A stretch of 64,000 nt of DNA, taken from NCBI GenBank assembly GCA_905215695.1, contig CAJMQN010000003.1, positions 171,436 through 235,435 on the forward strand, given 5' to 3'. Positions within the stretch are counted from its first letter, which is position 1. Each line of letters begins with the position of its first letter. Positions 1 to 8,630 of this stretch are shown here, in pieces. The notes under the pieces were generated by a model. That model saw only the letters and a program-made list of their open reading frames with translations, was not told the DNA's origin and ran no database searches. The position numbers and the translations under genes were made by a program. Source of the DNA: an uncultured bacterium (GTDB lineage: Bacteria; Bacillota; Clostridia; Christensenellales; HGM11417).

Positions 1-960
1 CCCGAAGCCTATGTTATCAACTATACCAATCCGATGACGGTATGTATCAAGACGCTTTACGAGGTATTCCCGAATATTCGCGCCGTGGGTTGCTGTCATG
101 AAGTGTTCGGAACACAGAAACTTTTGGCGCAGGCTTACGAGAAATATACCGGAACGGAAATCGACTACGAAGAGGTCGAAGTAGAGGTTTCGGGCGTGAA
201 TCACTTTACTTGGCTGACCCGCGCATTCTACAAAAACGAGGATCTGATGCCCTATTATCGAAGGCTTGCCGCGGAGTATGCCGCGACAGGTTATGAAAAG
301 GGCAAGGACGACAACTGGATGAACAGCGTGTTCGACTGCGCGCATCGCGTTAAATTCGAACTGTTTAACCGATTCGGTTCGATTGCCGCGGCGGGGGACC
401 GACATTTGGCGGAATTCTGCCCGCGGCAGTGGTTCCTGCTGAACGACGGTCAGATACGGGACTGGAAATTTTCGACGACTTCGGTGGAATGGCGTAAAAA
501 AGACCTGACAGAGCGTCTGAAAAAATCCGAAGAGTTGATGAGCGGAGTCCGTCCCTTTGAAATCAAGGAAACAGGCGAAGTCGGCGTGCGCATGATAAAG
601 AGTCTCTGCGGAATCGACGCCTTCCGAACCAACGTCAATATGGTCAACAAGGGGCAGCTCCCCTGTGCGAAAAAGGGGGCTGTGGTGGAGACAAACGCGT
701 ATTTTTCGGGAATCGGAATGGAACCGATCGTTTCCGTGTCCGAACTTCCCCCGGCAGTGACCGCAATGGTGAATCGTGTCATCGACATACAGGAAATGGT
801 CGTAGCCGCCGGACTCCGCGGAGATCGTCGGCTTGCGTTTCAGGCGTTCTGTCTGGATCCCATGAACACGCTCACATTGGAACAGTCCGAGACTCTCTTC
901 AACGAGATGATCGACCGGACAAAAAAATATCTTCCGAAATCGTTTTGGGAAAAAATATGA
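1..960 (+). CDS. Glycoside hydrolase family 4 enzyme (alpha-glucosidase/alpha-galactosidase type), N-terminus outside window
   Basis: Frame 1 is open from base 1 (PEAYVINYTNPM...) and continuous with ORF 34..960. GH4-like strings YTNPM, GCCHEVFGT, GDRHLAEF. TGA at 958-960. Confidence 0.8.
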   Translation, partial: PEAYVINYTNPMTVCIKTLYEVFPNIRAVGCCHEVFGTQKLLAQAYEKYTGTEIDYEEVEVEVSGVNHFTWLTRAFYKNEDLMPYYRRLAAEYAATGYEKGKDDNWMNSVFDCAHRVKFELFNRFGSIAAAGDRHLAEFCPRQWFLLNDGQIRDWKFSTTSVEWRKKDLTERLKKSEELMSGVRPFEIKETGEVGVRMIKSLCGIDAFRTNVNMVNKGQLPCAKKGAVVETNAYFSGIGMEPIVSVSELPPAVTAMVNRVIDIQEMVVAAGLRGDRRLAFQAFCLDPMNTLTLEQSETLFNEMIDRTKKYLPKSFWEKI

Positions 961-2633
961 TTGATACGAGAAAACGGGAATTTCTGCTTCCGGTTCGGAT
1001 TCTGCTCTCCGAAGGAATGGAAGGTGCGGAAAATCTCTTAAAAAACAATCCCGAACAGATCTATTTTTGGCATGAAAATTTTGCGTATGCCAAAAAAGGC
1101 AGCCGTATTTTGCTGGACTTCGGTCGCGAACTGCACGGAGGGATTCGGATTCTGACGCGGGAAGGGTCCTATCGCAATGCGGAATCGAGTGTGCGGATTC
1201 GGTTCGGAGAATCTGTGGGGGAAGCGCTCAGTGAACTTGACGAGAACAACGCGACCAACCATCACAGTTCCCGCGACATGACGGTGCACATTCCGCCGCT
1301 TTCGGATTTGGAATTCGGTCAGACAGGTTTCCGGTTTGTCTGTATCGACTTTTTGTCCGAAGAACCGTTTTCGCTGGCTGCAATCTACGCGGTCTATGTT
1401 CACCGCGGACTGGAGCGCATCGGAAGTTTTGTCTGCAACGACGAGTTGGTAAACCGGATCTATCAAACTGCCTGCGATACGGTCTATCTCAATATGCAGA
1501 ACCGACTGTGGGACGGCATCAAACGGGATCGTCTTGTGTGGATTGGGGACATGCACCCCGAGGTCAAGTCCATTCTGTACGCTTTCGGAGACGATATCTG
1601 TATTCGGCAGGCGCTCGACGAATCCGCTCGTCACAATCCTCTGCCCGCATGGATGTCCACCATTCCGACCTATTCCATGTGGTGGATCCGCATTCTCTGC
1701 GACTATTGGAAGTTTACGGCAAAGGATGAATTTTTCCTTGCACAGCTTTCGTATTTGGAGGGCGTGCTGAACCAATTCGACCGCTGTATCTTCGAGGACG
1801 GAAGCATCGACTATTGGAAGGACTCTCCCGTAAATGCGACGCATGGCTATTTTTTGGATTGGGAATCCAGCGAGAGTCCGGAAAATGTCGCGGGCAACGC
1901 TTACCTTTACCAGTGGTGTCTGACGGAATGCGTCAAGACAATCGAACTGCTCGGAATCGGGCATTCCGAACGGAAACCTGAATTGGACAGGCTTTGCGCG
2001 CTCTGCCGGAGATTGATGGAAAAGCTGTCCAAAAAGAAATATCTGCCAGAGGAAAAGAAACAGGTCCTTGCATTTGGCTACCTGTCGAAACAATTGGAGG
2101 CGGAATATGTCGCGCCCAAACTTGTCCGAGGCGGTGCGGAAGGCTATTCAACCTTTATGAGTTCGTACATTCTGCGGGCGACAGCGGAAAGCGCGGGTTG
2201 CGCATATGCGCTTGACGCCATGCGTGAATTTTACGGCGGTATGCTGTCCCGGGGCGCGACAAGTTTTTGGGAGAGCTTTGACGTAAGCTGGCTGCGGGGA
2301 AGCGGGCGTATCGACGAAATGCCGAGACCGGACGAGAAAGATATTCATTCCTCTTTCGGAAAATATTGTTACAAGGGCTATCGGCTGAGTCTTTGTCACG
2401 GCTGGGCGAGCGGTCCCGTATCCTTTCTGAACGAGCAAATTTTTGGAATCAAAATTGAAGAACCGGGATGTCGAAAAATTGTCTTATCTCCCGATCTTGG
2501 GAATCTGACGTTTGCGGAAGGCAGTCTGCCGACTCCCTACGGAACCGTGAAAGTGACGTGCAGCAAAACGCAAAACGGAATCCGGACAGAATATGACGCG
2601 CCCAAAGAAGTAAACGTGAAAATATCGAAATAA
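957..2633 (+). CDS. Six-hairpin glycoside hydrolase, alpha-L-rhamnosidase (GH78)-like
   Basis: ORF 945..2633. The ATGA start/stop overlap at 957-960 favours ATG 957. LWDGIKRDRLVWIGDMHPE and SLCHGWASGP resemble rhamnosidase-type (alpha/alpha)6 domains. Confidence 0.6.
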   Translation: MIDTRKREFLLPVRILLSEGMEGAENLLKNNPEQIYFWHENFAYAKKGSRILLDFGRELHGGIRILTREGSYRNAESSVRIRFGESVGEALSELDENNATNHHSSRDMTVHIPPLSDLEFGQTGFRFVCIDFLSEEPFSLAAIYAVYVHRGLERIGSFVCNDELVNRIYQTACDTVYLNMQNRLWDGIKRDRLVWIGDMHPEVKSILYAFGDDICIRQALDESARHNPLPAWMSTIPTYSMWWIRILCDYWKFTAKDEFFLAQLSYLEGVLNQFDRCIFEDGSIDYWKDSPVNATHGYFLDWESSESPENVAGNAYLYQWCLTECVKTIELLGIGHSERKPELDRLCALCRRLMEKLSKKKYLPEEKKQVLAFGYLSKQLEAEYVAPKLVRGGAEGYSTFMSSYILRATAESAGCAYALDAMREFYGGMLSRGATSFWESFDVSWLRGSGRIDEMPRPDEKDIHSSFGKYCYKGYRLSLCHGWASGPVSFLNEQIFGIKIEEPGCRKIVLSPDLGNLTFAEGSLPTPYGTVKVTCSKTQNGIRTEYDAPKEVNVKISK

Positions 2634-2635
2634 AT

Positions 2636-2671
2636 AAATCATCCCGCTTTCGTACGAAAGCGGGATGATTT
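2636..2671. terminator. Bidirectional intrinsic terminator between convergent genes
   Basis: Perfect palindrome AAATCATCCCGCTTTCG-TA-CGAAAGCGGGATGATTT with A/T tracts on both sides. Confidence 0.8.
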
Positions 2672-2672
2672 A

Positions 2673-3557
2673 TTAGGAAAGGATTTCCCGTAGATTCGCG
2701 ATAAATATTTCCGCGGCGCGGGGGAATACCTGATATTTTTTCCAGGCGACGTCGAGATGGGATTCGAGCCGAGGGGAGAGCGGGCGGAAACACAGCTCGC
2801 TGTCGCCGCTGGTATTGATCAGGCGGTCGAGTCCGACGGCGACCCCCAATCCCTCTTTGACCAATAGGGAGGCGTTATAGATCAGATTGTAGGTCGCGAC
2901 AATATTCGGCGCTACTTCAATCTGCTGAAACCAATTTGTCAGGATATGCCCGCGGTTTTCGGCTGCCTGCCGGGAGAAGATGATGGGACGTCCCCGCAAG
3001 TCCTCAACGGTAACGGCTGTTTTTTGGGCAAGCGGGCAGTCCTTTCTCATCAGTATTCCCCAAACGTCGGTCATGGGCAAACGGATGTAGTCATACCTTG
3101 ACAGATCGTCGTAATTGATGAGCACGCCGAAATCGAAGAGCCCCTTGTCAAGACGTTCGGTCACCACCCCGGCGTCACCGCTGAAAAAATGAAATTTAAT
3201 TTTAGGAAACAATTCCTGCGTACGTTTTGCCGCCTTCGCGATCAGGCACATGGCATGGGATTCTCCGCACCCGATATGAATGTCTCCGCTTATATCTCCG
3301 TCGCAGCCCGCAAGGTCGGCTTCCGTCTTGTCATAGAGGTCAATAATCTCTTCCGCGCGTTTCCGGAGCAGCGTACCCGCTTCCGTGAGCGCAATTTTTC
3401 TGTTGCCGCGAAGAAAGAGAGGTTTGCCGATTTCCTTCTCCAAATTCTGCATCTGTCTCGAAAGGTTGGGCTGTGTCGTATGCACAAACTCCGCAGCTTT
3501 GGAGATATTTTCCTCCCGCGCCACCGCAAGAAAGTATCGCAATACCCGGATTTCCAT
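2673..3557 (-). CDS. LysR-family transcriptional regulator
   Basis: N-terminal HTH MEIRVLRYFLAVAREENISKAAEFVHTTQPNLSRQMQNLEKEIG, followed by a LysR substrate-binding-length C-terminus. Confidence 0.9.
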   Translation of the reverse strand: MEIRVLRYFLAVAREENISKAAEFVHTTQPNLSRQMQNLEKEIGKPLFLRGNRKIALTEAGTLLRKRAEEIIDLYDKTEADLAGCDGDISGDIHIGCGESHAMCLIAKAAKRTQELFPKIKFHFFSGDAGVVTERLDKGLFDFGVLINYDDLSRYDYIRLPMTDVWGILMRKDCPLAQKTAVTVEDLRGRPIIFSRQAAENRGHILTNWFQQIEVAPNIVATYNLIYNASLLVKEGLGVAVGLDRLINTSGDSELCFRPLSPRLESHLDVAWKKYQVFPRAAEIFIANLREILS

Positions 3558-3558
3558 A

Positions 3559-4497
3559 TTAAACGCCTTCCATGATATGCATATTTCGGATTTCGGAATC
3601 CCGAATGGAATCCATGACGGAGTAGGCGTGTGTCTCGAGGTTGTTGCAGGTCGCGCGCGAAAGTCCCTGCGCCTTAAGTTCTGCGATCAATTGTTCCGCA
3701 ATTTCCTCGATGCGTTCCTGTTTTTCTCCTGCCTCCGCGGGGGAGTTCCCCGTCTCTGTGAGCCTGACGAAGGAGGACTCGAGACCGGCGAGCAAGGGAA
3801 GTTCCCGCATGCCCCGATACGCCCATTTATAGAAAGGTTCGTATCTGTTGTTGAGTAGATAGACTGCGGAAAGGGCATTTTTGACAAACTCGAATATCGC
3901 AAGCTGTGCCGCGCCCCTCTCTCCCCGGGCAACGCACCTTGCGTAATTGTACTGTCCCGCCTGCGCCATGAGAACGGTGCGGGCGGCGAGTTTCTTTTTT
4001 CGCACGTCCTCGGGGAATCCCTTGAGCAGGATTTCCCGCACCTCTGAAAATTTCCCCAAAGGGTCTTGGAAAACTTCGCCGTTGCATGCGGCGGCAAGCG
4101 CGCTTTCGGGAAGGTACAGCCACTGTTCCGCGCACTCCGGCGCGCCCGGCGTTCCGAGGAATCTGCGGTAAAAGTCCTCGATTATCAGCACGCCGTGCCT
4201 TCCGCCGCCCACGGGGGAGACCCGCTGTCTGCGCAGTCCCATAAATTCCTTGGGGAGTTTCGCGTAGGCGCGTTCCAGCCGAAAACCGAATTTCCGCTCG
4301 TCCTCTTCGGTAATCCACAGGCAGAACGCGGGTTCAAAATCGTGGTCTTTGGAGACCTCGTCGTCGTATCCGAAACATTCGGAGCCCTCGCCGACAAGTC
4401 CGGCGGCGATTCGGTCTGCGCAGTCTCCGAACTGCTCTTTGAGCATATCCTTTCCGAAGGTTTCAAAATACGCTTTCGCAATCTCAAGCCCGCGCAT
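3559..4497 (-). CDS. DUF4037-like protein
   Basis: Internal ATG at 4497 (MRGLEIAKAYFETFG...) chosen, giving a 14-nt overlap with the upstream gene. The string GEGSECFGYDDEVSKDHDFEPAFCLW is typical of DUF4037 as I recall it. Confidence 0.65.
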   Translation of the reverse strand: MRGLEIAKAYFETFGKDMLKEQFGDCADRIAAGLVGEGSECFGYDDEVSKDHDFEPAFCLWITEEDERKFGFRLERAYAKLPKEFMGLRRQRVSPVGGGRHGVLIIEDFYRRFLGTPGAPECAEQWLYLPESALAAACNGEVFQDPLGKFSEVREILLKGFPEDVRKKKLAARTVLMAQAGQYNYARCVARGERGAAQLAIFEFVKNALSAVYLLNNRYEPFYKWAYRGMRELPLLAGLESSFVRLTETGNSPAEAGEKQERIEEIAEQLIAELKAQGLSRATCNNLETHAYSVMDSIRDSEIRNMHIMEGV

Positions 4498-5314
4498 AGA
4501 GTTCCTCCGCGCGTTTTTTGAGTTCCCGGTCTGCGAGAAAGTACCCGAAATATCCAAATGAGGGCGCGCACTTGCTGCACACGAAGGCATAGTAACCGTT
4601 TCTCGGCAGGCTCTCGGTATCGAGAAGGGCGAGCGCGCGGTTCATACATTCGTCGATTTTCGTCTCCGGCTCCTCGAGCCAATCCTCGTAGAGGTGCGCG
4701 AGATTGACGTAGGTGACCGCCATATCCGTCTCTCCGTGTTCGATATTCCCCATAATCTCGAGCGCCTGAAAAAAGCACTTTTCCGAGTCCTCGAAGTTTC
4801 CGAGGTCGTGCAGGGCGAGCGCCCTGTTGTTGTACAGTCCGCCAAACCTTGCGTCCTCGGGGGAGAGCCGTGCGCGGTAGATTTTCTCCGTCCGCTCATA
4901 GAGCGGCAGCGCGCGTTCGGCTTGTCCGAACGCCTTGAGCGTCGTCGCCGCGTTCAGGAGTATGGTCGCGCCCGAGACGGAATCTCCGAGCCCGAGTTCC
5001 TCGAGGAGAGAAAGCCCGCGTTCCACACAGACAAGCGCGTTTTCGCGCTCTCCGGTTTTGCGGTAAAAGCCGATGAGTTCGCTCGTCATGGCAAGTTCCC
5101 CGCGCCGGTCTTTGAGCGCGACAGCCTCTCCCTGCCAATACTTGAGCAGCCGTCCCGCCTCTGACATATCGTTTTTGTCAAAGAGCTTGTCCAACTTTTC
5201 GATGACTCGCTCCACGGGGATATGTCCCTCGGGAGAATCCTTTTCGGGATAGTAAAATTCTTTGCCGCCGCAGACCGCGCAGGACGGCTCTTTATAATCA
5301 AAGGGATCGAGCAT
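4484..5314 (-). CDS. Tetratricopeptide-repeat protein
   Basis: ATG at 5314 (MLDPFDY) is preceded by GGAGG. Repeated A/L/Y-rich TPR-like helices. N-terminal CxxC (CAVCGG). Confidence 0.7.
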   Translation of the reverse strand: MLDPFDYKEPSCAVCGGKEFYYPEKDSPEGHIPVERVIEKLDKLFDKNDMSEAGRLLKYWQGEAVALKDRRGELAMTSELIGFYRKTGERENALVCVERGLSLLEELGLGDSVSGATILLNAATTLKAFGQAERALPLYERTEKIYRARLSPEDARFGGLYNNRALALHDLGNFEDSEKCFFQALEIMGNIEHGETDMAVTYVNLAHLYEDWLEEPETKIDECMNRALALLDTESLPRNGYYAFVCSKCAPSFGYFGYFLADRELKKRAEELYARA

Positions 5315-5415
5315 AAAAACCTCCATACCTTTTTATTATACCATTTCTCATCTTCGGTTTCAAGCAAAAATCCAACGCCCGCTCGCAAGCGTCGTTGGAT
5401 TTTATCATATACTAT

Positions 5416-5530
5416 GAAAAAGTACACCTTGATGTACATTCTATTTTATTCCATTTTATGCAACAATTTTACCATAATGTGGCAATTTTTGGCAAGTGTT
5501 TTTTGTTCGGAAAAGTGTACCTTTCCGAAC
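5416..5530 (+). promoter_or_regulatory. Pair of near-palindromic motif copies (GAAAAAGTACACCTT at 5416; GTTCGGAAAAGTGTACCTTTCCGAAC at 5505) in the leader of SipW locus 1
   Basis: Same motif pair, in the same inverted orientation, is seen at 29804/29897 and 43356/43446. Centre-to-centre spacing here is 93 bp. Confidence 0.45.
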
Positions 5531-5595
5531 GGTTTCAGACGCCGTTTCCCCGATGAGCGGCGTTTTGGAATAAAAACAAATTGTGGAGGATTGCT

Positions 5596-6138
5596 ATGAA
5601 AAGGAATATCAGAATCGCATCGACGATCACGACGATGCTGCTCGTTGTCGCAATCATGTGCGTGGGAATCTTCGCCGCGACGCAGATCAGTGTCACGGGA
5701 AACGGCACGCTGACCTTCAGCGCCCAAGACGTTTACGCGACGGTGACCGTTGACAATCAGGAGGCGGGGGAAGGCGTGACAGAGGGCGTCAGAACTTGGA
5801 CGTTCGACAAGGACACCGCTCCCGGCGAATCGGCAACCGAGTCATTGACCTTTTCGCCGATTTCCGTTGACCCGACGACCCGCACCGCGACGGTAAAGGT
5901 GACGGTGAAAAACGATTTCTCGGCGGACAGCGGCATCGGCATTTCCGCGGCGCTTTCCGTGACTTCGAATGACACGGAACTCGTGACGGTCTCGGGCGCG
6001 GAGACGGCGACCGTTGCGCAAGGGGCGACGAAGGAATTTACGGTGACGTTCACGCTGACGGACAAGGCGGTCGAAGCGGGGCTTGGAGAGGGTGTGACCT
6101 TTGCTTTTTCGCTGACGCTGACAAGGGCGGCGGCGTAA
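5596..6138 (+). CDS. Small secreted beta-rich protein, putative SipW substrate
   Basis: GGAGG then ATG 5596. N-terminal K/R + hydrophobic segment (MKRNIRIASTITTMLLVVAIMCVGIFAATQISVTG), then a T/V/S-rich sequence. Immediately upstream of a SipW-type peptidase gene. Confidence 0.6.
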   Translation: MKRNIRIASTITTMLLVVAIMCVGIFAATQISVTGNGTLTFSAQDVYATVTVDNQEAGEGVTEGVRTWTFDKDTAPGESATESLTFSPISVDPTTRTATVKVTVKNDFSADSGIGISAALSVTSNDTELVTVSGAETATVAQGATKEFTVTFTLTDKAVEAGLGEGVTFAFSLTLTRAAA

Positions 6139-6145
6139 TCCCCAT

Positions 6146-7213
6146 ATGAAGGAAGAGCGGAGCAGAGTCAAACGGGCGCTCGGCGTCGCGGGGGACGCGG
6201 TCTTTGCGCTCGTGCTGCTCTTCTGTATCTGCGCTGCGGCGGTGCTTCTCTGCCTGCGCGGTGAGGGACTCGCCGGGGCAAAGCTCGGGATTGTGCAGTC
6301 TCGGAGCATGGAACCCGGCTTACGTGTCGGGGACGTCGTGCGCGTCCTTCGGGAGGGCGAGTATGCGCGCGGGCAAATCATCGTGTTTTACCGCGCGACG
6401 GATCTCTATGCGGGCGCGGCGGACGCTGCCGACCTCGGCAGCCGTCCCGTTTGGATTCATGAAATTATCGAGCGCAAAACATTGCCCGACGGTCGCATCG
6501 GCTATCTCACAAAGGGGAGCGCGAACGCGTCCGACGACGGCGCGTACGTGCCGCAGGATTTTGTGCTCGGCAGAGCCCTTCCGCTCTCTCCTTTTTGGAG
6601 CCGCGCTGTCGGTTTTGTCTCGTCGGTGAAGGGGATTGTTCTGCTCGTCCTCCTGCCCTGCGCGGTCATGCTCGTACTTCTGTCTCGGGAGCTTGTGTGT
6701 ATTCTGCTCGAACCGCCCGAGCGGACGTTTTACAGGAAATCCTTTACCGCCCGCTTGATTCTTGCGCCGACCGAGGTCAAGTCACGCTATCTCGCGGTCA
6801 AAAACGAATTGCTGTCCTATCGGGACTGCCGTGCGCGCACGAGTTGGAAGGCGGAGAGCTTTCGCGTGCGCGGCAAACCCTTTGCAAAACTAGATATCAG
6901 GGGCAGAACGCTCAAACTCTGCCTTGCGCTCCCGCCCGAACAGGCGGCGGAACGCAAGTACGGAATAGAGGACGGCTCCGCCCGTGCCGCGTTCCGCGAT
7001 TTTCCGAGTATCATGCGGATACGGAGCGCCCGAGCGGTCAACTATGCGAAACAGCTGATTACCCTCGCCGCCCTCTTTCATGGCTTTGAGCGGTCGGAAA
7101 ATCCTGCGCCCGCCCTCCTTCCTCCCGAGATGACGAGACGGCAGATGCTCCGCGCGGGTCTGCTCAGGCGGACAACGATGCGGAGACCCTTTCCCTCAAA
7201 GGAGCCGAGATGA
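6146..7213 (+). CDS. sipW: Signal peptidase I, SipW/ER-type (S26B), with ~165-aa C-terminal extension domain
   Basis: Catalytic-Ser box QSRSMEPGLRVGD and LTKGSANASDDG box. Second TM at aa ~160-187, then the extension FYRKSFTARL...RIRSARAVNYAKQLITLA. Confidence 0.8.
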   Translation: MKEERSRVKRALGVAGDAVFALVLLFCICAAAVLLCLRGEGLAGAKLGIVQSRSMEPGLRVGDVVRVLREGEYARGQIIVFYRATDLYAGAADAADLGSRPVWIHEIIERKTLPDGRIGYLTKGSANASDDGAYVPQDFVLGRALPLSPFWSRAVGFVSSVKGIVLLVLLPCAVMLVLLSRELVCILLEPPERTFYRKSFTARLILAPTEVKSRYLAVKNELLSYRDCRARTSWKAESFRVRGKPFAKLDIRGRTLKLCLALPPEQAAERKYGIEDGSARAAFRDFPSIMRIRSARAVNYAKQLITLAALFHGFERSENPAPALLPPEMTRRQMLRAGLLRRTTMRRPFPSKEPR

Positions 7214-8526
7214 AAAAATATCGAAAATTTGTCCTTGCGGGCAATCTGTGTCTCGTATGTCTGGCGTTTGCGGCGGTCGCGCCTATCGGACTGCGCGCGG
7301 CAAACCGGATTTTTCTGTCCGGCGGCGCGCAGATTGTCTATGAGAATACGGGCGAGGTGACCCGTCCCGACGATGAAACGCTCGCTGAACAAAAGGCGCA
7401 GCTCGAGAGCGCCGGACTTGTCGTGAGCGAGGACGGGACGGTCACTTTGCTCAACAATACGGGTTCGATGGGCGGCTCGGCGGAGCAGGTCAGGTCAATG
7501 CGGGAGGGACTCTTGACAAGCGGCATTCTCTCTTACTGCAAATACGAGGGCTCGGTCTGTACCGTCATGAACGAACTTGTCGCGATTCTCGATTTTTCGG
7601 GGTACTACATTCAGGCTTTTTCGGAGAACTGTCTGGACGGACTGAAGGACGCAATCTTCGGAAATTGGAGCGTGAGTTTTGACAATGTAACCGTCCCCGT
7701 CTATGATTCGGTGACGGGCGCGGCGCTCGCCCCGGTCACCGCAAGTTTTTCGCAGGGCGGCTATGTCATCGGCGGAACGCGCTCGGCGCGCTACTCTCTG
7801 CGCGTGGTTCTTCCGAACATCGGCGCGGAGGTGTTCATGTTCGGGGAGAACAGTCTCAATTTCCCCAACATGGGGGCGCCGACCAATCTCGCAATCGACA
7901 TTAGCAACCTCGCGCTGAAACGCGTGGACGGTAAAATATTGGGTATTGACCTGCATCCGTATGTGTTCGGCGCGGCGGCGTGGCAGAACGGTAAGCCGAA
8001 CCATATCCATTTTATCGGGAGCGAAGACAATCAGCTCGAATATGCGATGTCCGCATCGCTTTCGCAGTTGGATATCATCGACCTCGCTGTGCTCGGCGCG
8101 GATCTGAACGTCGAAATTTTTTCCAAGCCGCGAAAGGGCGAGGTGTTTACCCAACTCGCCGTGGGAATGACGAAGTCGAGAGGGGAGGGCGCTCTCACCC
8201 TTCGCGTGTACGACCTGCCCCATGACGAATTGTCGCCGGACAGGGATGCGGTGGGAATCTTGAATCTCGGGCATTGGTTCAAATACGTTTACGGGGAAAT
8301 TCCCGACGCTACCTTCGAGCATGTCCGGCGGGATTCGGAGAATCAGGTAAACACGGCGGACGTCGCCGAACTCACGTACGATTGGGAGGGCATCGACCAA
8401 AACGGTACCGTCACGCACCGCGCATACTGCCGGCACAGCGGCGAAGGGACGACGGGCGCGGAGATCGGTTGGTTCGAACGCGGTCAGCGTTTCTTCCGCC
8501 CGGACGGGACGCAGATTGTTCTGTAA
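7210..8526 (+). CDS. Secreted hypothetical protein (438 aa)
   Basis: ATGA overlap with the SipW stop. N-terminal signal-like MKKYRKFVLAGNLCLVCLAFAAVAPIG. No family recognised. Confidence 0.6.
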   Translation: MKKYRKFVLAGNLCLVCLAFAAVAPIGLRAANRIFLSGGAQIVYENTGEVTRPDDETLAEQKAQLESAGLVVSEDGTVTLLNNTGSMGGSAEQVRSMREGLLTSGILSYCKYEGSVCTVMNELVAILDFSGYYIQAFSENCLDGLKDAIFGNWSVSFDNVTVPVYDSVTGAALAPVTASFSQGGYVIGGTRSARYSLRVVLPNIGAEVFMFGENSLNFPNMGAPTNLAIDISNLALKRVDGKILGIDLHPYVFGAAAWQNGKPNHIHFIGSEDNQLEYAMSASLSQLDIIDLAVLGADLNVEIFSKPRKGEVFTQLAVGMTKSRGEGALTLRVYDLPHDELSPDRDAVGILNLGHWFKYVYGEIPDATFEHVRRDSENQVNTADVAELTYDWEGIDQNGTVTHRAYCRHSGEGTTGAEIGWFERGQRFFRPDGTQIVL

Positions 8527-8556
8527 AAAAATTTTTAATTACCCTATGCTAACTTG

Positions 8557-8585
8557 TTGACAAAGTAAAAAGAATGATTTATAAT
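8557..8585 (+). promoter_or_regulatory. Sigma-A-type promoter of the feo operon
   Basis: TTGACA (8557-8562), 17-nt spacer, TATAAT (8580-8585). Confidence 0.7.
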
Positions 8586-8591
8586 ACCATC

Positions 8592-8624
8592 GAAAAGAGT
8601 TGTGTGACAGCTCTTTTCTTTTGG
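8592..8624 (+). terminator. Hairpin plus U-tract (terminator of the upstream operon or feo leader attenuator)
   Basis: GAAAAGAGTTG-tgtga-CAGCTCTTTTC followed by TTTTGG. It lies downstream of the feo -10, so its role is ambiguous. Confidence 0.35.
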
Positions 8625-8630
8625 CAAATA

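Noticed and set aside
5222-5727. ORFs 5222..5599(+), 5086..5439(-) and 5446..5727(-) in the TPR / SipW-locus-1 intergenic region
   Set aside because: They span the AT-rich divergent control region holding the motif pair and hairpins, overlap real gene ends, and have no RBS or recognisable sequence features.
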